Positions 30,356 to 43,546 are shown, counted from the first letter of the stretch. The stretch: 64,000 nucleotides of DNA from the human T2T-CHM13v2.0 reference genome, Homo sapiens (GCF_009914755.1 NC_060926.1), one strand, 5' to 3'. A program made the numbers and translations. Notes: a model not told the origin generated them from the sequence alone.

Positions 30356-30524
30356 GCTGTGGTATGTTAGTGAGTTAGTAGAGAATCCCCAGAAACTCAA
30401 GGACAGGGAAGAAGAGAAAATACTGAGTGGGAAAAGGGTTCCCTACTGTCCTAATTAGGTCTCTGGGGAAGCCCACAGAGCTGAGGGGTGCTCAGAGCAT
30501 GGGAGGGATGACCGCAAAGGATAC

Positions 30525-30583
30525 TTCCATCAGAGCCACCAAGCTGCGGCACTCATCTAAGGAGAACATGTCCCCTGGAGGTC
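30525..30583 (-). CDS. CAPN13: CAPN13 coding exon (~17): [19 protein letters not shown]
   Basis: 59 nt; acceptor ctcctcag, donor GAA|gtatccttt (U12 type); FSLxxCRS motif. Confidence 0.95.
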
Positions 30584-30689
30584 CTGAGGAGAGAAGGACA
30601 GGAAGGACTGAAGTGTTGACAGTGGGGTGTGGGGTGGGGTTGCCAGCAGGGAGGAGGATGGGGCCAGCTTGCCCTTGGGCTGCTCATAC

Positions 30690-30747
30690 CTGTTAGAAGC
30701 TCCTGGTTGAGAAGGCCCTGAAGCTGGGTGGCATCAATGTCCAGCCT
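30690..30747 (-). CDS. CAPN13: CAPN13 coding exon (~16): RLDIDATQLQGLLNQELLT
   Basis: 58 nt; acceptor ggatcag, donor G|gtatga; EF1 region. Confidence 0.93.
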
Positions 30748-31147
30748 CTGATCCAAACAAGGAAGGAATGCAGGAATTATATCAGTGCCAGGATCTGAGA
30801 GGCACATCTGCCTGCCATGTAAAAGCACTCAGATTTCCAAGCACTTAGTCCCCACAATGTACCCATCTTGCCCTCGTCATGAAGACTTACCTGATGGCTG
30901 CCAGCCATAGTAGTGACTCCCTCCCCTGCACATCTGTCGTGTTGGTCACTCCTGATGCTTGGCCCCTGGTGTGGGTGACCTTGCATTCCTGTCTTTATCT
31001 ATTACTGGACTGAAAGCAGTTTAGTCCTTGCCACTATCTCTGGCACTGGGGAACCCCTCAGGGTAAGTATTGTTGAATGAATCAACTCAACCCTTTAGAT
31101 GTGTTCCCCATCTGCTTCCAGAAAGAGACTAGGAAAAACTATGACTA

Positions 31148-31202
31148 CTGTGTGCATGTGTGTGTGTGTGTGTATGTGTGTGTGTGTGCGTGCACGTGTG
31201 TG
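31148..31202. repeat. Imperfect (TG)n microsatellite
   Basis: tgtgtgcatgtgtgtg...gtgcgtgcacgtgtgtg. Confidence 0.9.
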
Positions 31203-32218
31203 ATAATAGGAATTAAAAATACCAGAAATGTGGGCTAAGAGAAACTGCTATCATTGAGCACATTACGTAGCATTAATTTTCCCAGCCACTGAAGCAAAAA
31301 GGGAGACATCATGGTTTTCTTCGGATTAAGAGCAGGAAGCAATTGAGGTTGGGGAGGGAGGAACTCTTCCTGGCCTCAACTTCTGGGGCAGTTAACTACA
31401 TTTGATTTTATACTGGGGGAATCCAGCAGGTTGACAGGCAGTGTCTTTGATGACAATTTCACAGAGACATGGAGCTATTCTATATGCGGCTGTTCCTCAT
31501 GTCCAGCCTGGGAAGGGAAGAGGGGATGCTATGCTGCTATCGCCCTGGGAAAGCATTTTCATGGGGAGCTGGCGCTGGAAAGATTTATCAGCAGGTGGTC
31601 CTGTAGAGTGGCACTGGTCATGTAGAATAGGGTGCCTCCTGGGGGTCTTCTGAGAATGAGCACCTTCCATCTCCCAGGATTGGCCTTACCACCTTGAACT
31701 GGAAGCAAAAACAGCCCCAGAGCCTGTCCAGATGGGGTCCTCACCTAGAAGGATGACCCCTCAGGATGCCCCTGAGGAAAGCATCCTGCCAATGCCTGAA
31801 GATGGTCCTCGGGTCATTTCACCAACATTTCACTCTGGGTTTTATCAGGAAAGTTGGTGTTGAGTGCCCACTATCAACTGAGTTTCTCTTCCAGAGACTC
31901 AGGACACCTCGCTTTGAACAGCAGTTAGCATGCTAATGAGGAGTTCCAACTTCCATGGAATCGTCCACTATAAAGCAGCTTTGGGGCATGGACCGTGTCT
32001 TTTTCCTCCATATTCCCATGTGAGGACAGAGCCTGCCCCGGGTCCTGCACTTCATAACCAACCAAAAGAGTCTGAGGAGATGAGGGTAGGAATAGAGTGA
32101 GGGTTGCTTAGTCTCCTAAAAAATTGCATGTTTGCCTCAACCACCACAATGCAAGATGCCCAAAAGCTATTCCTTGGGATTCCCAAAGCTTAGAGTGGGG
32201 CTTGTAATGTCCGGATGA

Positions 32219-32693
<475 letters not shown>

Positions 32694-34193
32694 TAAATCT
32701 AGTTAAAGTGGTAGAAAAGATCAGAAGAGAGGACACAGTGAGTGCATGGAGGAATATTTTGCTTTAAACTTTCTTTGGAGGACGCAGACCCTGAGGACAG
32801 TTTGTAGGATTACAGAATACTGCCAGGTGGGCCCTGCTCAAGAGGGCCTGGCTGAGAGGTGAAAGGGGGCTGGAATCCAGTCTCTTTTCTGCTTCCCAGC
32901 CATGTATCTGGCAGAATGCCACACTGGGGTCTTATTCTTATTCCCACGAAGGCCCCCTATGGGCCACCAGTCACCCTCTATGAGGAGGAACTTGGCTGTT
33001 GTTTGGAAAAGTCCTGATTAGAAAATCTGTCCCATCTTCACATATGGCAAACATTTTTATTTTAGAGGTACAGGTGCATGGGCCATGTGTGAGAATTTGC
33101 CACCTGCCACTGAAGGAAGCTTGGTCTCAGGCATCCTAATCCGGCCCTGCTAACCACCTCAGGGGCTAACCTTCATTCACTCAGGCATCAGCTCTGGGGG
33201 AGGTGATCTGTCTTAATTCAATAGAAATGACTGAGCACCTCCTCGGGCCAAGGACAGTGATCAGTGTTGGGGACAAGGAATGCATATAATATCATCCCTG
33301 CCTTCGGGAGCTTACAGACTGAGGGCAGTCATCTTGGCCGGCCTTGTCATGCAGTGAGTGAAGTGCCTCCTGAATCAGCCCAGATGGTGGACCTGGATCC
33401 TGGGCTGGTACTGACTTCATGGAGGTCCGTGTTCCTGTGTACAGCTGCTCTTTGCAACACATGCCACTCATTCCAGCCACATTCTTAGTTTTTCCCTACT
33501 TTGGCCCAGGCTGCTTCTGGGTGACTACTACCCCATTAACCCTCTGAATGCAGAGGCAGGGCCTGCCATCCTTCCTGTCCTTGGCCTCTTCCTGGTTCAA
33601 GGCGGCAGGGTAGAGATGATCATCGGTATCACTTTCCACTTTCCACACTAACACAATTATTAACGGTAAGAGGCTCATTGTGCAGAGCCCCTGGCAGCTA
33701 TTTTATTCTGACAAGTCAAGGAGTTCTTTATAACAGTTTATTAAGCCATTAAGGAAATCCTGTGTGCACATAGGTGGTTTGGCAGCAAGGATGCTGTATG
33801 TGCTTTCTGAAGCTGGCTAGCTCCCGGGAGGAACGATGCCAGGTTGGTGGGAGGTGGCCGAGTAGGAGAAGGAAAGGTTTCACGGGGTACTGCCAATTGC
33901 TTGTTTAAAGATTTAGAGGGCAATGCACCTCACACCCCATAATTATCCCCTCCCTTTCTAAGCTCTGCATTCCAGCTTGAAGTCCCCCGGATGACACTGG
34001 GTGGGGCGCCACGTCTCTACCGAGCTTGGCAGCCACAGCAGTTCTGGAGACGATCCAGGAAGAGAGGCAGGTAAAATAGTCCATCAAGTCACTTCTCCTC
34101 TCTGCATCCCAGTAAGGGCCTGTGAGAGCTGTCCCTCCCTCAGGTCCCCTTTCTCCAATCCCACGTAAGGCCCCTGGGTGCTAGGTACCATAC

Positions 34194-34250
34194 CTGCTGA
34201 GCATATCTGTTGAAAATGCTTTGTTGGGAGCCATGTTCTGAAGGGCTTCC
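34194..34250 (-). CDS. CAPN13: CAPN13 coding exon (~15): GSPSEHGSQQSIFNRYAQQ
   Basis: 57 nt; acceptor gatccag, donor CAG|gtatgg. Confidence 0.93.
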
Positions 34251-34611
34251 CTGGATCAAAGGGAAAATAGTCAATGTTAGACTTCTGGGGAAGGAGGCCA
34301 CCCATCTGGTACAGCAAGGGTGCAACAACCCCTGCCAAGATCTGAGAAAGAGTCTTTATTGGGCAGTTGGAAAAAGCCTTCTGGGGAATGAGAAAACTGA
34401 AGTTTGTGGAAGGAAGAGGGCTGGGTTGAGCCTGGCCTTGGAGGCCTGGTCTTCTCCCCCTACCCCGCCCCTTTGAGCCTTCATCGGCCTATCATGGTGT
34501 CTCTCTTTTCATTGGTTGGGGGCAGCGGGAGGTGTAAAGAAGGAGACGGAAGCTCTTGGGGATGGGATGGGGCCAATGAGGCTCGCCAGCCAAACCTTGC
34601 TGCATACCTAC

Positions 34612-34645
34612 CTTCATTCTGAGGTTGAAATGGCTGCTCAGGTGC
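34612..34645 (-). CDS. CAPN13: CAPN13 coding exon (~14): HLSSHFNLRMK
   Basis: 34 nt; acceptor ttttctag, donor AAG|gtaggt. Confidence 0.9.
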
Positions 34646-35668
34646 CTAGAAAATCAGAGGACAGTGTGACAAAGATGACCAGCTCACCACTCAAAGGGGG
34701 CCTGCATATAGAGGGCACCCAGGTGGCACTGGATATTGATGCCAAGTTCCTGAATGGGGCACCCTCAGCACCGCAGGACACGAAGTGAGCAGCTACAGCA
34801 CCGTGGCCACCAGCCCAGCCTTTTGGCTGGAAATGGTCTGGTCTTTAACTGTTTAGTAAATGGTTCCTTCCACAACCCGATACACACTTCCAGCAACCCC
34901 CATTGTCAGTATGGCAGATAGGCTCTGCCTTAGGTTCCATCTCTGATTGGTGGTATGATGGCGGCCTGGCATGCTGGACTTAGAAGGTCTCACCAATGCT
35001 CAGCTGCAAAGACTGCCATAATGATGGCAATGTCTGTCTTGGGCCCAAGAGGAGACAAGGGGCCCAGTGGGGTGAGCACTTGCTGGTCCCAGTCTTGAAT
35101 GATCAAGTTGGCATGGAAGACCCTCCATGATGGACTCTTTCTTTCAGGCCCATCTTTCACTGTCTCCCTGCTATACCCCACATTTCAGGCCATGTGATAT
35201 GCTGGCCAAATGCCACCTTCCTGTATGGATGCCGATGCTACTTACTCTCCAAGCAGCCCTGTGCACAGCCACTTCCCTCCCGCCATTCATGCTTTTTTCT
35301 TCTACCTACCTTCCCATGGCTACCATCGCCTTCCCTTTTAAACTATTAAATTATGTTTTTCTTCAAAGCCCAGCTCACGTGTCATTTCCCTCAAGAAGCC
35401 TTCCTCAGTCCTTCTTGCCACTCAGTCCTCCCGTGCCACTTTGCATTTCCATCTGGCAATGGACCCATCCTGTTTGTGGTCTGGTTCTTGGTTCATAGAC
35501 TTTCTCGCTCCCCCTTTATGGTGAGCTGCTCTAGAGTGGGGCCAATATCATGTCCCCAGTGACATAGCACAGGCTGCACGAATGCACAGAGAACTGCCCA
35601 TAATTACACAATGTGTTTTTATAAAGTTAAGTAGAATAAAACATTTACAATCCCAGAGGGTTCTGTAC

Positions 35669-35865
35669 CTGTCACTGTCTGGCATTTTCAGGAAGATTCG
35701 GAGCAAGAACTCCGCTGATTTTCTCCGTGTCTGTGCAACCACAACATAGTTCCCAGGGCTCAGATGGTAAGTCATGGTGAAGTTGCGGCGGAATTTATTA
35801 TTTGAGCTTTGGACAGTGTTTCTGAACGAGGAAAAAAACACGGGTGGAAATTTCTCCCGGAACCG
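35669..35865 (-). CDS. CAPN13: CAPN13 coding exon (~13): [11 protein letters not shown]...LSPGNYVVV...[14 protein letters not shown]
   Basis: 197 nt; acceptor attccag, donor AG|gtacag; C2-like PGxYVVV and FLLRIF motifs. Confidence 0.96.
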
Positions 35866-38008
35866 CTGGAATTAGAGGAAACACAATGATTGTGAGAAAG
35901 CCTCCTCTGTGCATGGACCCCAGTCACCAAGAAAGACCCACCACCTTCTAGACCGTCTCCATTCACCAAGATAACATTACAGGCTCTATAAATGGAGACA
36001 GTGCTCAGCTGAAGTCTCAAAAAGCAGTAGTGTTTAGCCTGTCATTTCATCTAGACCCTGGACACAATGGATGCAAGGAAATACCACACACAGTTTCATC
36101 TCATTGGGTCTAACAGCATCCTGAGTTTCTGAGTTTTCTCTCCCTGCTTATATAGAAAGAAAACTTCCATGGAAACTAGTGACATCATTTTGACACTGAT
36201 TTTCTTCTGGGGCCCCTAAAGCCCCTTCTCTCCTGAATGTTTAGCAGAATACTTTGGACTGCTATACCATTACAGAATTGAATTCTTTTCACTTTCTCTG
36301 TTTCATCTCTCCAGTGAAGCCCCGAGATTCCTTCTCATTGGAGAATAATGGGCCCTGATCATTTTCCTTTTATTTCAATGTTTTCTTAGAGATAAAACAA
36401 TAAATATAATGCAGTTCCTATTACCAGATGTCACATACATATTATATAATGAAAACCCCTTGCTAAACAAATTTTCCCCACTATAGTCAAGCACAGGGAT
36501 TCCATTTCGAATGGTTATGCAGCAGGAAATGATTATTTATGAGCTATGCCTTGCAGGGAAAACGGGAAAGGGGAAAGTTTCTTTTCAGGGGTAGGGACAG
36601 GGCTGGGCTCCAAGGTAAAACAGGAGATAGGCCACTGCCCCAGGGGTATGGGAGGGTGGCATCTCCAACGCGATTCTGCTGACATTAACAATAGCCTCAG
36701 CAGGTTTGGGAGCCTGACTTGCTTGGGCCCTTATGGCAAAAGCAATGATGGAATCAGTTCTTCTCCAGAGGGTCAGCAGTGTCCCGTGGCTCTGGGTATG
36801 GGCGAGTGTGCATGCATGTGTGGGTGCATGGGGAGGCAGTGGGCATGCAGAGGTGTGTGGGCAGCATGCCTCCTATAATTAGAAGGCAACAGTCTCCCTG
36901 CTCACCCGTTATCTTGTCCTGCTCCCTCTGTTGACCCCTCATAGCCCTGTCCAGGCTCCTGATCCTTCAGAACAGACTTGCTCAGTGGCAGTGAGAAGTG
37001 TGAGTGTGGGGGAACAACGTGGGGGTTCTTGGTCAATTGCTTAGAGTATCCAGCATCAACAAACCACACACCCAGGACTGGTCATGCACAGACCTGACTC
37101 TAGTTCTAGGGATGGGTTCTGTGCTTTTCCTGGATTAAGTGCCACTTTGTTCTCCAGCTCTGGGACCTGAGACGCTGATGGCTCCTTGCACCTGAGTGCT
37201 TCTCTCAATGCCCATCCCAACCCTCCACTTCATAGCTGGGATGTCAGGGACCAGAGTCAGATCCTGACCCCCGCTCTGTGGCTGGGCCACCACTGTCACA
37301 GGCAGGCTCCCCTGGAAGGCCTGGAGGTGCTGTAATCACTCTTTGTTGTCTGTGGCCACATCTTGCTCCTCTCTTTCATCTGTGGTCCCCAGGCAGATGC
37401 ACCTCCCTCTTGGTGGCTCAGCACTCTCAGCCATGGGCAGAGAGGTGGGTCTGAGTGCCTGTGAGGATAGGTATTCCAAACTCCACCTGTCTTTCTCCAT
37501 CCTTCCTCATATGGGCAAGTCACCTTTCACCAATCCTGAGCCAGATGATCTGTTTAGGAGGGTGGCAGTTTCTTGCAAGACGGGCTCAAGGATGTACCTT
37601 GAAGCTGCATTTGGAGAGCATGCATCCTGCTTATGGAGGATTTGGGGACTGACTACTTTAGGAGGCTAAAGATCTTTCCAAGGTACCCCTTAGTGCTGCT
37701 CTCATCTTAAATAAAAAGGAACCATCTCCATCAATCTTCTCTATCAGAGGCCACGGGCCTGAGGATGGTTTCACTTGAATGTTAGCAAGAGAACAGCTCA
37801 AAGGGTCGAAGCTTCAGACCAGGACACCTAACTATTCTCCTGCTTTGTGAACCTGTTTGGGGATTCTAGGCCTGTGTCTGATGTAAGACTTAGCGAGACT
37901 GAATTTGCAGCCACTGAACACGTGGAGGCCATGGGCGTTGGAAGTGGCCTAACACTCCACCAGCAGACAGCAGCAGAGGCGCAGGGCAAGGACGACGCTG
38001 AGCCATAC

Positions 38009-38020
38009 CTGTGAGCCAGC
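38009..38020 (-). CDS. CAPN13: CAPN13 12-nt microexon (~12): AGSQ
   Basis: tttctccctgtttccaacag|GCTGGCTCACAG|gtatgg; supplies AGSQ between VIL and RFREK of the recalled protein. Confidence 0.9.
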
Positions 38021-38129
38021 CTGTTGGAAACAGGGAGAAAGGCAGATTTAGGAACTCAGACGTAAACAAAAAGGCAAGCAGAACCGAACAGCTTGGCTCA
38101 TTGGTTTCATCCCTGCATTCCTTCTCCTT

Positions 38130-38981
38130 TTCTTCCTCTCTTTTAAAGAATTTATTTTATATCTGTTATGCCATAAAGCATTTTTTTTTTTTTTTTTTTT
38201 TTTTTTGAGATGGAGTCTCGCTCTGTCACCCAGGCTGGAGTGCAATGGTGCAATCTCGGCTTACTGCAATCTCCGCCTCCTGGGTTCAAGCAATTCTCCT
38301 GCCCAAGCCTTCTGAGTAACTGGGATTAGAGATGTGTGCCACCATGCCTGGCTAATTTTTGTTTTTAGTAGAGACGGGGTTTCACCGTGTTGGTCAGGCT
38401 GGTCTTGAACTCCCGACCTCAGGATCTGCCTGCCTTGGCCTTCCAAAATCCTGGGGTTATAGGCGTGAACCACTGTGCCTGGCCACCACAAAGGATGTTT
38501 TAAACACTGACATATCACTGTCTAACAAGATGAAGTAAAGACAAAAGAAATTTTTCTTATTAGAAACAAGATACACCATCACTTAGAGTCTTCAAACACT
38601 ATTGCACTCTAACTTTCATGACTCAACAAAGCATTCATGGACCAATCTGCAGACGAGTTTTAACAGACACATAAAGCTGTAAGCAGACATGACTGTTCTA
38701 AATTTATTAGGTATGAATTTTACAAACGTTACTTATATCTGTGATAACATTAGAGCTGGAGAATATTGCACCTTCTCCAAGTTGCATGGTGAGAACCACC
38801 AATAGCGTGGTAGAACTTACGGCCCTTTCCAAGGCCATGGCTCTTGCAGCCTGAGGATGTCAGCCCACACATCTCCCCATGCTTGTGGACAGATTTGGTG
38901 ATCTGCTGGGTGTCAAGATTTCCTCTGATAGTTTTATGGAATGGATCAATGAGGATAACCTCAAAAAATTTATAAGTGGAA
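38130..38981 (-). pseudogene. 5'-truncated RPL15 (eL15) processed pseudogene with long 3'UTR, split by an Alu
   Basis: ORF 38750..39052 ends [76 protein letters not shown], a degraded RPL15 C-terminus with an early stop; RPL15-like 3'UTR with AATAAA at 38703-38708 and 38151-38156; degenerate TSD 38115-38129 / 38983-38997. Confidence 0.92.
38181..38484 (-). mobile_element. AluS SINE inserted in the 3'UTR of the RPL15 retrocopy
   Basis: Antisense dimer; degenerate TSD ccataaagcat / ccacaaaggat; RPL15-like UTR resumes on both sides. Confidence 0.92.
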
Positions 38982-41445
38982 CACGTTCCTCTTCCTTGTG
39001 TGGCCTGCCTGTTCCTTGGCACACCTAGAGGTGAACTGGGATGACTGGTCACTCATGCTCTGTGTGAGGTTGTGAAAAATGAAACCCACTCAATTGCAGA
39101 GAACAGCAAGAGGAAGGAAACTGAGGCAGAAAAGGAGGTGTCTGAGAGGAGGAGGTATTCTTTGGTCAGCCCTGAAAGGTGTGGTTACTCTTCACAGCAA
39201 TGATGATCGCACTGAAAGGAAGGGGGAGATTTTGACAGATAGCACAGAACCTGGCGCAAATGTAAGCTCCCTAACATCGGGAGCTTCCCTGAGAAGTCAA
39301 CTTCTTTTATTCTATCAGGCCACTGTAAATAGATGGGAATTCGTTCTTGCACTCCCACCCCTGATGCTTGTAGGAATGTCTGTGTGCCTATGAATGGGGA
39401 GATACCCATGTTCCAGTCTTTTCACGTAGTAGAAGGAATACCTGAGAATGCAGTTCCATTGTAAGCCTCTCTACGGTTTGCAAAGCACTTTTATGTAATG
39501 TGTTGGATATTCACAATAATCCTGCAAGCCGATGCTGGGCTCCCTATTTTATGGGTGTAGAAACTGAGGCTCAGCAGTTTAAGTAGCAGAGCTGGGAATC
39601 GGGGAAGCTGTGCTGCTTGCTTTGTAGTCAAGCCCTGTCACCACCAGGTGATGTCTTCCTTAGTTGGCTTGATTATTTCCCATTGTTGACACTGGGCCCC
39701 ACCCATGTGTACAGACCTCTTAGCCGACTTCTCTGGAGGCCAAGGGTGAGCTGGGAGGAAGGTGGAAAGTCCAGGCCTTGGGGAGGAACTTTGAGGGAGG
39801 TGAGGATGAAATGGCTCATCCACCCTCATCCTTTTCACTGTCCTGTCTTCTCCCTGCCTATTCATATCCCATCAAGGTCTGGTTGGACATAAAGCAGAGC
39901 AGTGCTCCCACAGCAACTGGGGAGTCACAGACCCATGCCAGGGCTGGAGCATCATCATATCAGCAGGTCAGCACTGGAGCCCTGGAACTCCATTTGAGCC
40001 CTGGAGCCTTCTGAGAGCCTGGCTGCTGGCAGGTACATTGTTGTTTCTCAGCTGAACTGTGAAAGCAACCAGTGTCATTTGAGTTGTCCAGGTCTGAACT
40101 GTTCTTTGACATTTAACTCAATCAGGATCTTGCAAGATCTGCTGGGATCTCCAGGAAGCCTGAGGAGCTCTTGGGTCTGAGAGTTCCTTCAGCAAATTGG
40201 TGAATGGTGAGAAGTAACACATCTCTGGCAGAAAAGTAGGAAAGTGGGCTTGATGTCATTTTAAAAATGGGGTGGTTACAATCTTGGTAGGGTTCCTGAA
40301 CTGTGAAGACTTTGGGTGAATCAACACAAGGCCCATGGTCACCCATGTGAACAGAGCCTCAGAAGTTGCGTGTGTGCCGGGGCAGCTCTGATCCTTCTGT
40401 GGGCTTCTGTCTTAGCTCAGAAGAAGGAAGAGTTGGCTGAGATGTTTCTAGTAGGCCTCTTTGGTGCTTGACCTGGTCAGTCCTGGCTGGGCAGACCAGG
40501 GGCCTCAGTTCCTTCTCAGCCTTTCACAAATCTCTCCTTCTGCCTTTAGCCTTTTCTTCCCAGAGGTGAGAGCTGGAAAATCTGAGGGTCCTCTTAGAAG
40601 GCACCAGAGTCAGCAGGAATTCTCGTCTGAAAGCCCTGGAAACTATCTCAGGCTGGGGTGGGCTGAAAGATGCTTCTTGGAAGGACAGCTCACAACGTCG
40701 ATGGGATGCTAGAAAATGCAGTGCAGAGGTGGGCAGGGGCCAGACAAGATGGCTACACAGCAAATAATCCTCAGCTGTTCCCACCTGTTTTGGTTATTTC
40801 CTTGAATGCCAAGGCTCTGAGTGACTGAGTGTGTGTGTGTGTGAGGGGTGAGGGGGAGATGAAGGGAGCATCTAATTGGGCAGGCCTGGGTCACAAGTCT
40901 ACAACTTTTGCATCCAAGGGCTTGGTTGAGGGGATATTTGGCCTCTAGCTGCTTGCAGTAGGAGGCTGGGCCCTGCCTCCCACCAGGATTCCCTTAAAGT
41001 GGAAAAGGTGTTCAGGTACCAGGTGTGATGAAAATAACAACGGTGTACTACTGCATCCTTAAGAGATATTCTTTGATATCATCAGCGGGTTTGAGGCACC
41101 TCAAAACTACTGTGCTAAACCCCAGTGATTTCTCTCCACCGAATTCCTGAAATTGGGAAATGGAAATATGGTCAAGGAGAGCAGAACACGAAAGCTCTCC
41201 TTCTGCTAGAGCCAGAATCTTTGTGGTTTTTGGAGCCATGAGTATCACCAGAAAGGCATGCACCTAAGCCCTACTGAGAGCCCTGGAGCTGAGACCCTAA
41301 GTTCTGGTATCAAACACCCCTGTCACCTCCAAGGTGCACCTTGCATAGGTCATTCCTCTCTGAGCTTTAGCTTCCACACCTACAAAAGCGGGGCTAGTTG
41401 TGCTTTTGAGACAATGAATGTGAACATGCTTGTACTTCTGAAGTA

Positions 41446-41673
41446 CAGGTTGAGCATCCTTAACCTGAATATCTGAAATGCAAATGCTCCAAAATCCAAA
41501 ACTTTTTGAACACCAACATGATACTCAAAGGAAATGCTCATTGGAGCATTTTGGATTTTGAATTTTTGGACTAGAGATGCTGAATCAGTAAGTATATAAT
41601 GCAAAAATCCTCCAAATCTCAAATGCAAAATACGTCTCATCCAAAGCATTTCTGATTAGAGAGACACAATCTG
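41446..41673. mobile_element. Tigger4a (MER46A)-like non-autonomous DNA transposon
   Basis: TA|caggttgagcatcc...gacacaatctg|TA; internal palindrome aatgctccaaaatccaaaa / ttggagcattttggatttt. Confidence 0.85.
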
Positions 41674-42231
41674 TATTCTCTCACTGTGAGGCCCTCTTAT
41701 TAGTGTAAACCACAGCCAATGCATAGGATTGTTCAGCCATGTCTGGGGTACCCAGGAGCCGTGTCTGTCCATAAATGCACTGACACCCAAGGCTGTGAAT
41801 TTTGCCTTCAGCTCAGTCAACAGAAACTGAAATCATTCCTAGAGACCCTGTAATTCAAGCTCCAGCCCAGTCTGTTAAAGGACCTCTGATATCCCTGGTG
41901 CTCAGAAAGGTGACTTGTGTGTTTGACTGAAGGTTTGGGGGACCTCTGGAAGCCAGTCTCAGCTCTGCCATTAACTCTGACCATGTCACTTCACTTTTCG
42001 GGGCCTCAGTCTCTTCAACTCTATTATGAGGAGAGAGGATCCCAGCATGTGATGAGTGCATGATCTTAATTATCCACGTTAGTGCAAAGAAGCTGTGGGG
42101 TGTATGGTTTGAGAACCTTCACTTGATTTGGGGGATGCAGTGAATTGTTTGGAGGAATAGCAGGGAGTAGAGAGATCAGATTTTCTTTTGTAGCTTTTTT
42201 CTTTTAAATGATATTTAAAAAAAATGAATTC

Positions 42232-42765
42232 CCCCAGCTATCGCATTACTGGGTATATACCCAAAGGAATATAAAGCATTCTACCATAAAGACACAGGCA
42301 TGTGACTGTGCATTGCAGCACTGTTCACAATAGCAAAGACATGGAATCAACCTAAATGCCCATCCATCAATGACAGATTGGATAAAGAAAATGTGGTACA
42401 TATATACTGTGAAATATTATGCAGCCACAAAAACAGCTGTTTTTTTCTGGGAACATGGATGGAGCTGGAAGCTATTATCCTTAGCAAACTAATGCAGGAA
42501 CAGAAAAGCAAATATCACAAGTCCTCACTTATAAGTGGGAGCTAAATAATAAGAACTTATGAACACAAAGAAGGAAGCAACAGACACTGGGATCTACTTG
42601 AGTGGGGAGGGTGGGAGGAGGGAGCGGGGCAGAAAAGATGACTACTGGGTATTGAGCTTAATACCTGGGTAATGAAATAATCTGTAAAACAAACCCCTGT
42701 GACACATGTTTACCTATGTAAGAAACCTTCACATGTACCCCCAAACCTAAAATAAAAGTTTCATA
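42232..42765 (+). mobile_element. L1PA16/17-like 3' end
   Basis: gggtatatacccaaaggaatataa...ctcacttataagtgggagctaa...acatgtacccccaaacctaaaataaaagtt. Confidence 0.88.
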
Positions 42766-42964
42766 AAACCATGAAAGGAGAGAGAGCCTAGGTGGAAAGG
42801 AAACCTGGCCTCAGGGTAGCCAAGCAGAAGTTTGCATGCCAGCCACCAGACGATGACTCGACTTTGGTCTAAACGTAAGAGAAAAACACACCTCCCCTCC
42901 TGGATTTATACTCAGAATAGTTTAGACAGCTCATTTTTTTCCTAAGCAACTTCCAAAGTTTAGC

Positions 42965-43130
42965 CAATGATTCTCAAACTTTAATGTGCATAAGCCTCTG
43001 GAGAGCTTATGAAAATGCAGATTTTCAGGCTCTGTCCTTAAACATTCTGATTTAGAAGGTCTGGAGTAAGCCCAGAATCTGCTTTGTTAGAACAGCTGGT
43101 CTTGGCCCAGACCACTTTTTGAGTAGCAAG
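42965..43130. mobile_element. MER5A-like relic
   Basis: ttctcaaactttaatgtgcat...gagagcttatgaaaatgcagatt...gcccagaatctgc...accactttttgagtagca. Confidence 0.7.
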
Positions 43131-43397
43131 CATTAGATTCTGCAGCATCCCAGAAAACGCTGACAGGCGACACGGGCAGGAGGTGAGTCCCACTGTAATC
43201 ATGATCGAGTGTCATCTTTCTGGCCTCAGATTTTTTGCACATTTAGACTTGGAATGCATGAATGCTACAGCCTCTTTGGGCTTTATCTCCAAGGCTGTGG
43301 TGCAGTCAAATCTCCCAGCCTGGCCAGAGCTGTTCTCCCCAACTCAAGGTTTACACTAAATTTCTACAAGGGAAAGCCCTGAAGCAGGCTGCCTTAC

Positions 43398-43546
43398 CAG
43401 AATCACTTGGAAATCGAGTGGAAATTTTGCATCTTCTGCTTTCAAATTTGATGGTGTGACAGCAACTGTGACGCACACGACAACATTGGTGCCTTCCATT
43501 GGCTCTTGCACAGAGAAGTTGAATTGAGCATCATTCCGAGGTCCTC
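43398..43546 (-). CDS. CAPN13: CAPN13 coding exon (~11): [15 protein letters not shown]...LDFQVIL
   Basis: 149 nt; acceptor gatgcag, donor CTG|gtaagg; phase fits both neighbours. Confidence 0.93.

Larger units (their letters stand above)
28858..30524 (-). other. U12-type (minor spliceosome) GT-AG intron
   Basis: 5' splice site GTATCCTTT (30524-30516); branch site CTCTTAAC (28876-28869) with the A residues 13-14 nt before the 3' splice site. Confidence 0.92.
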
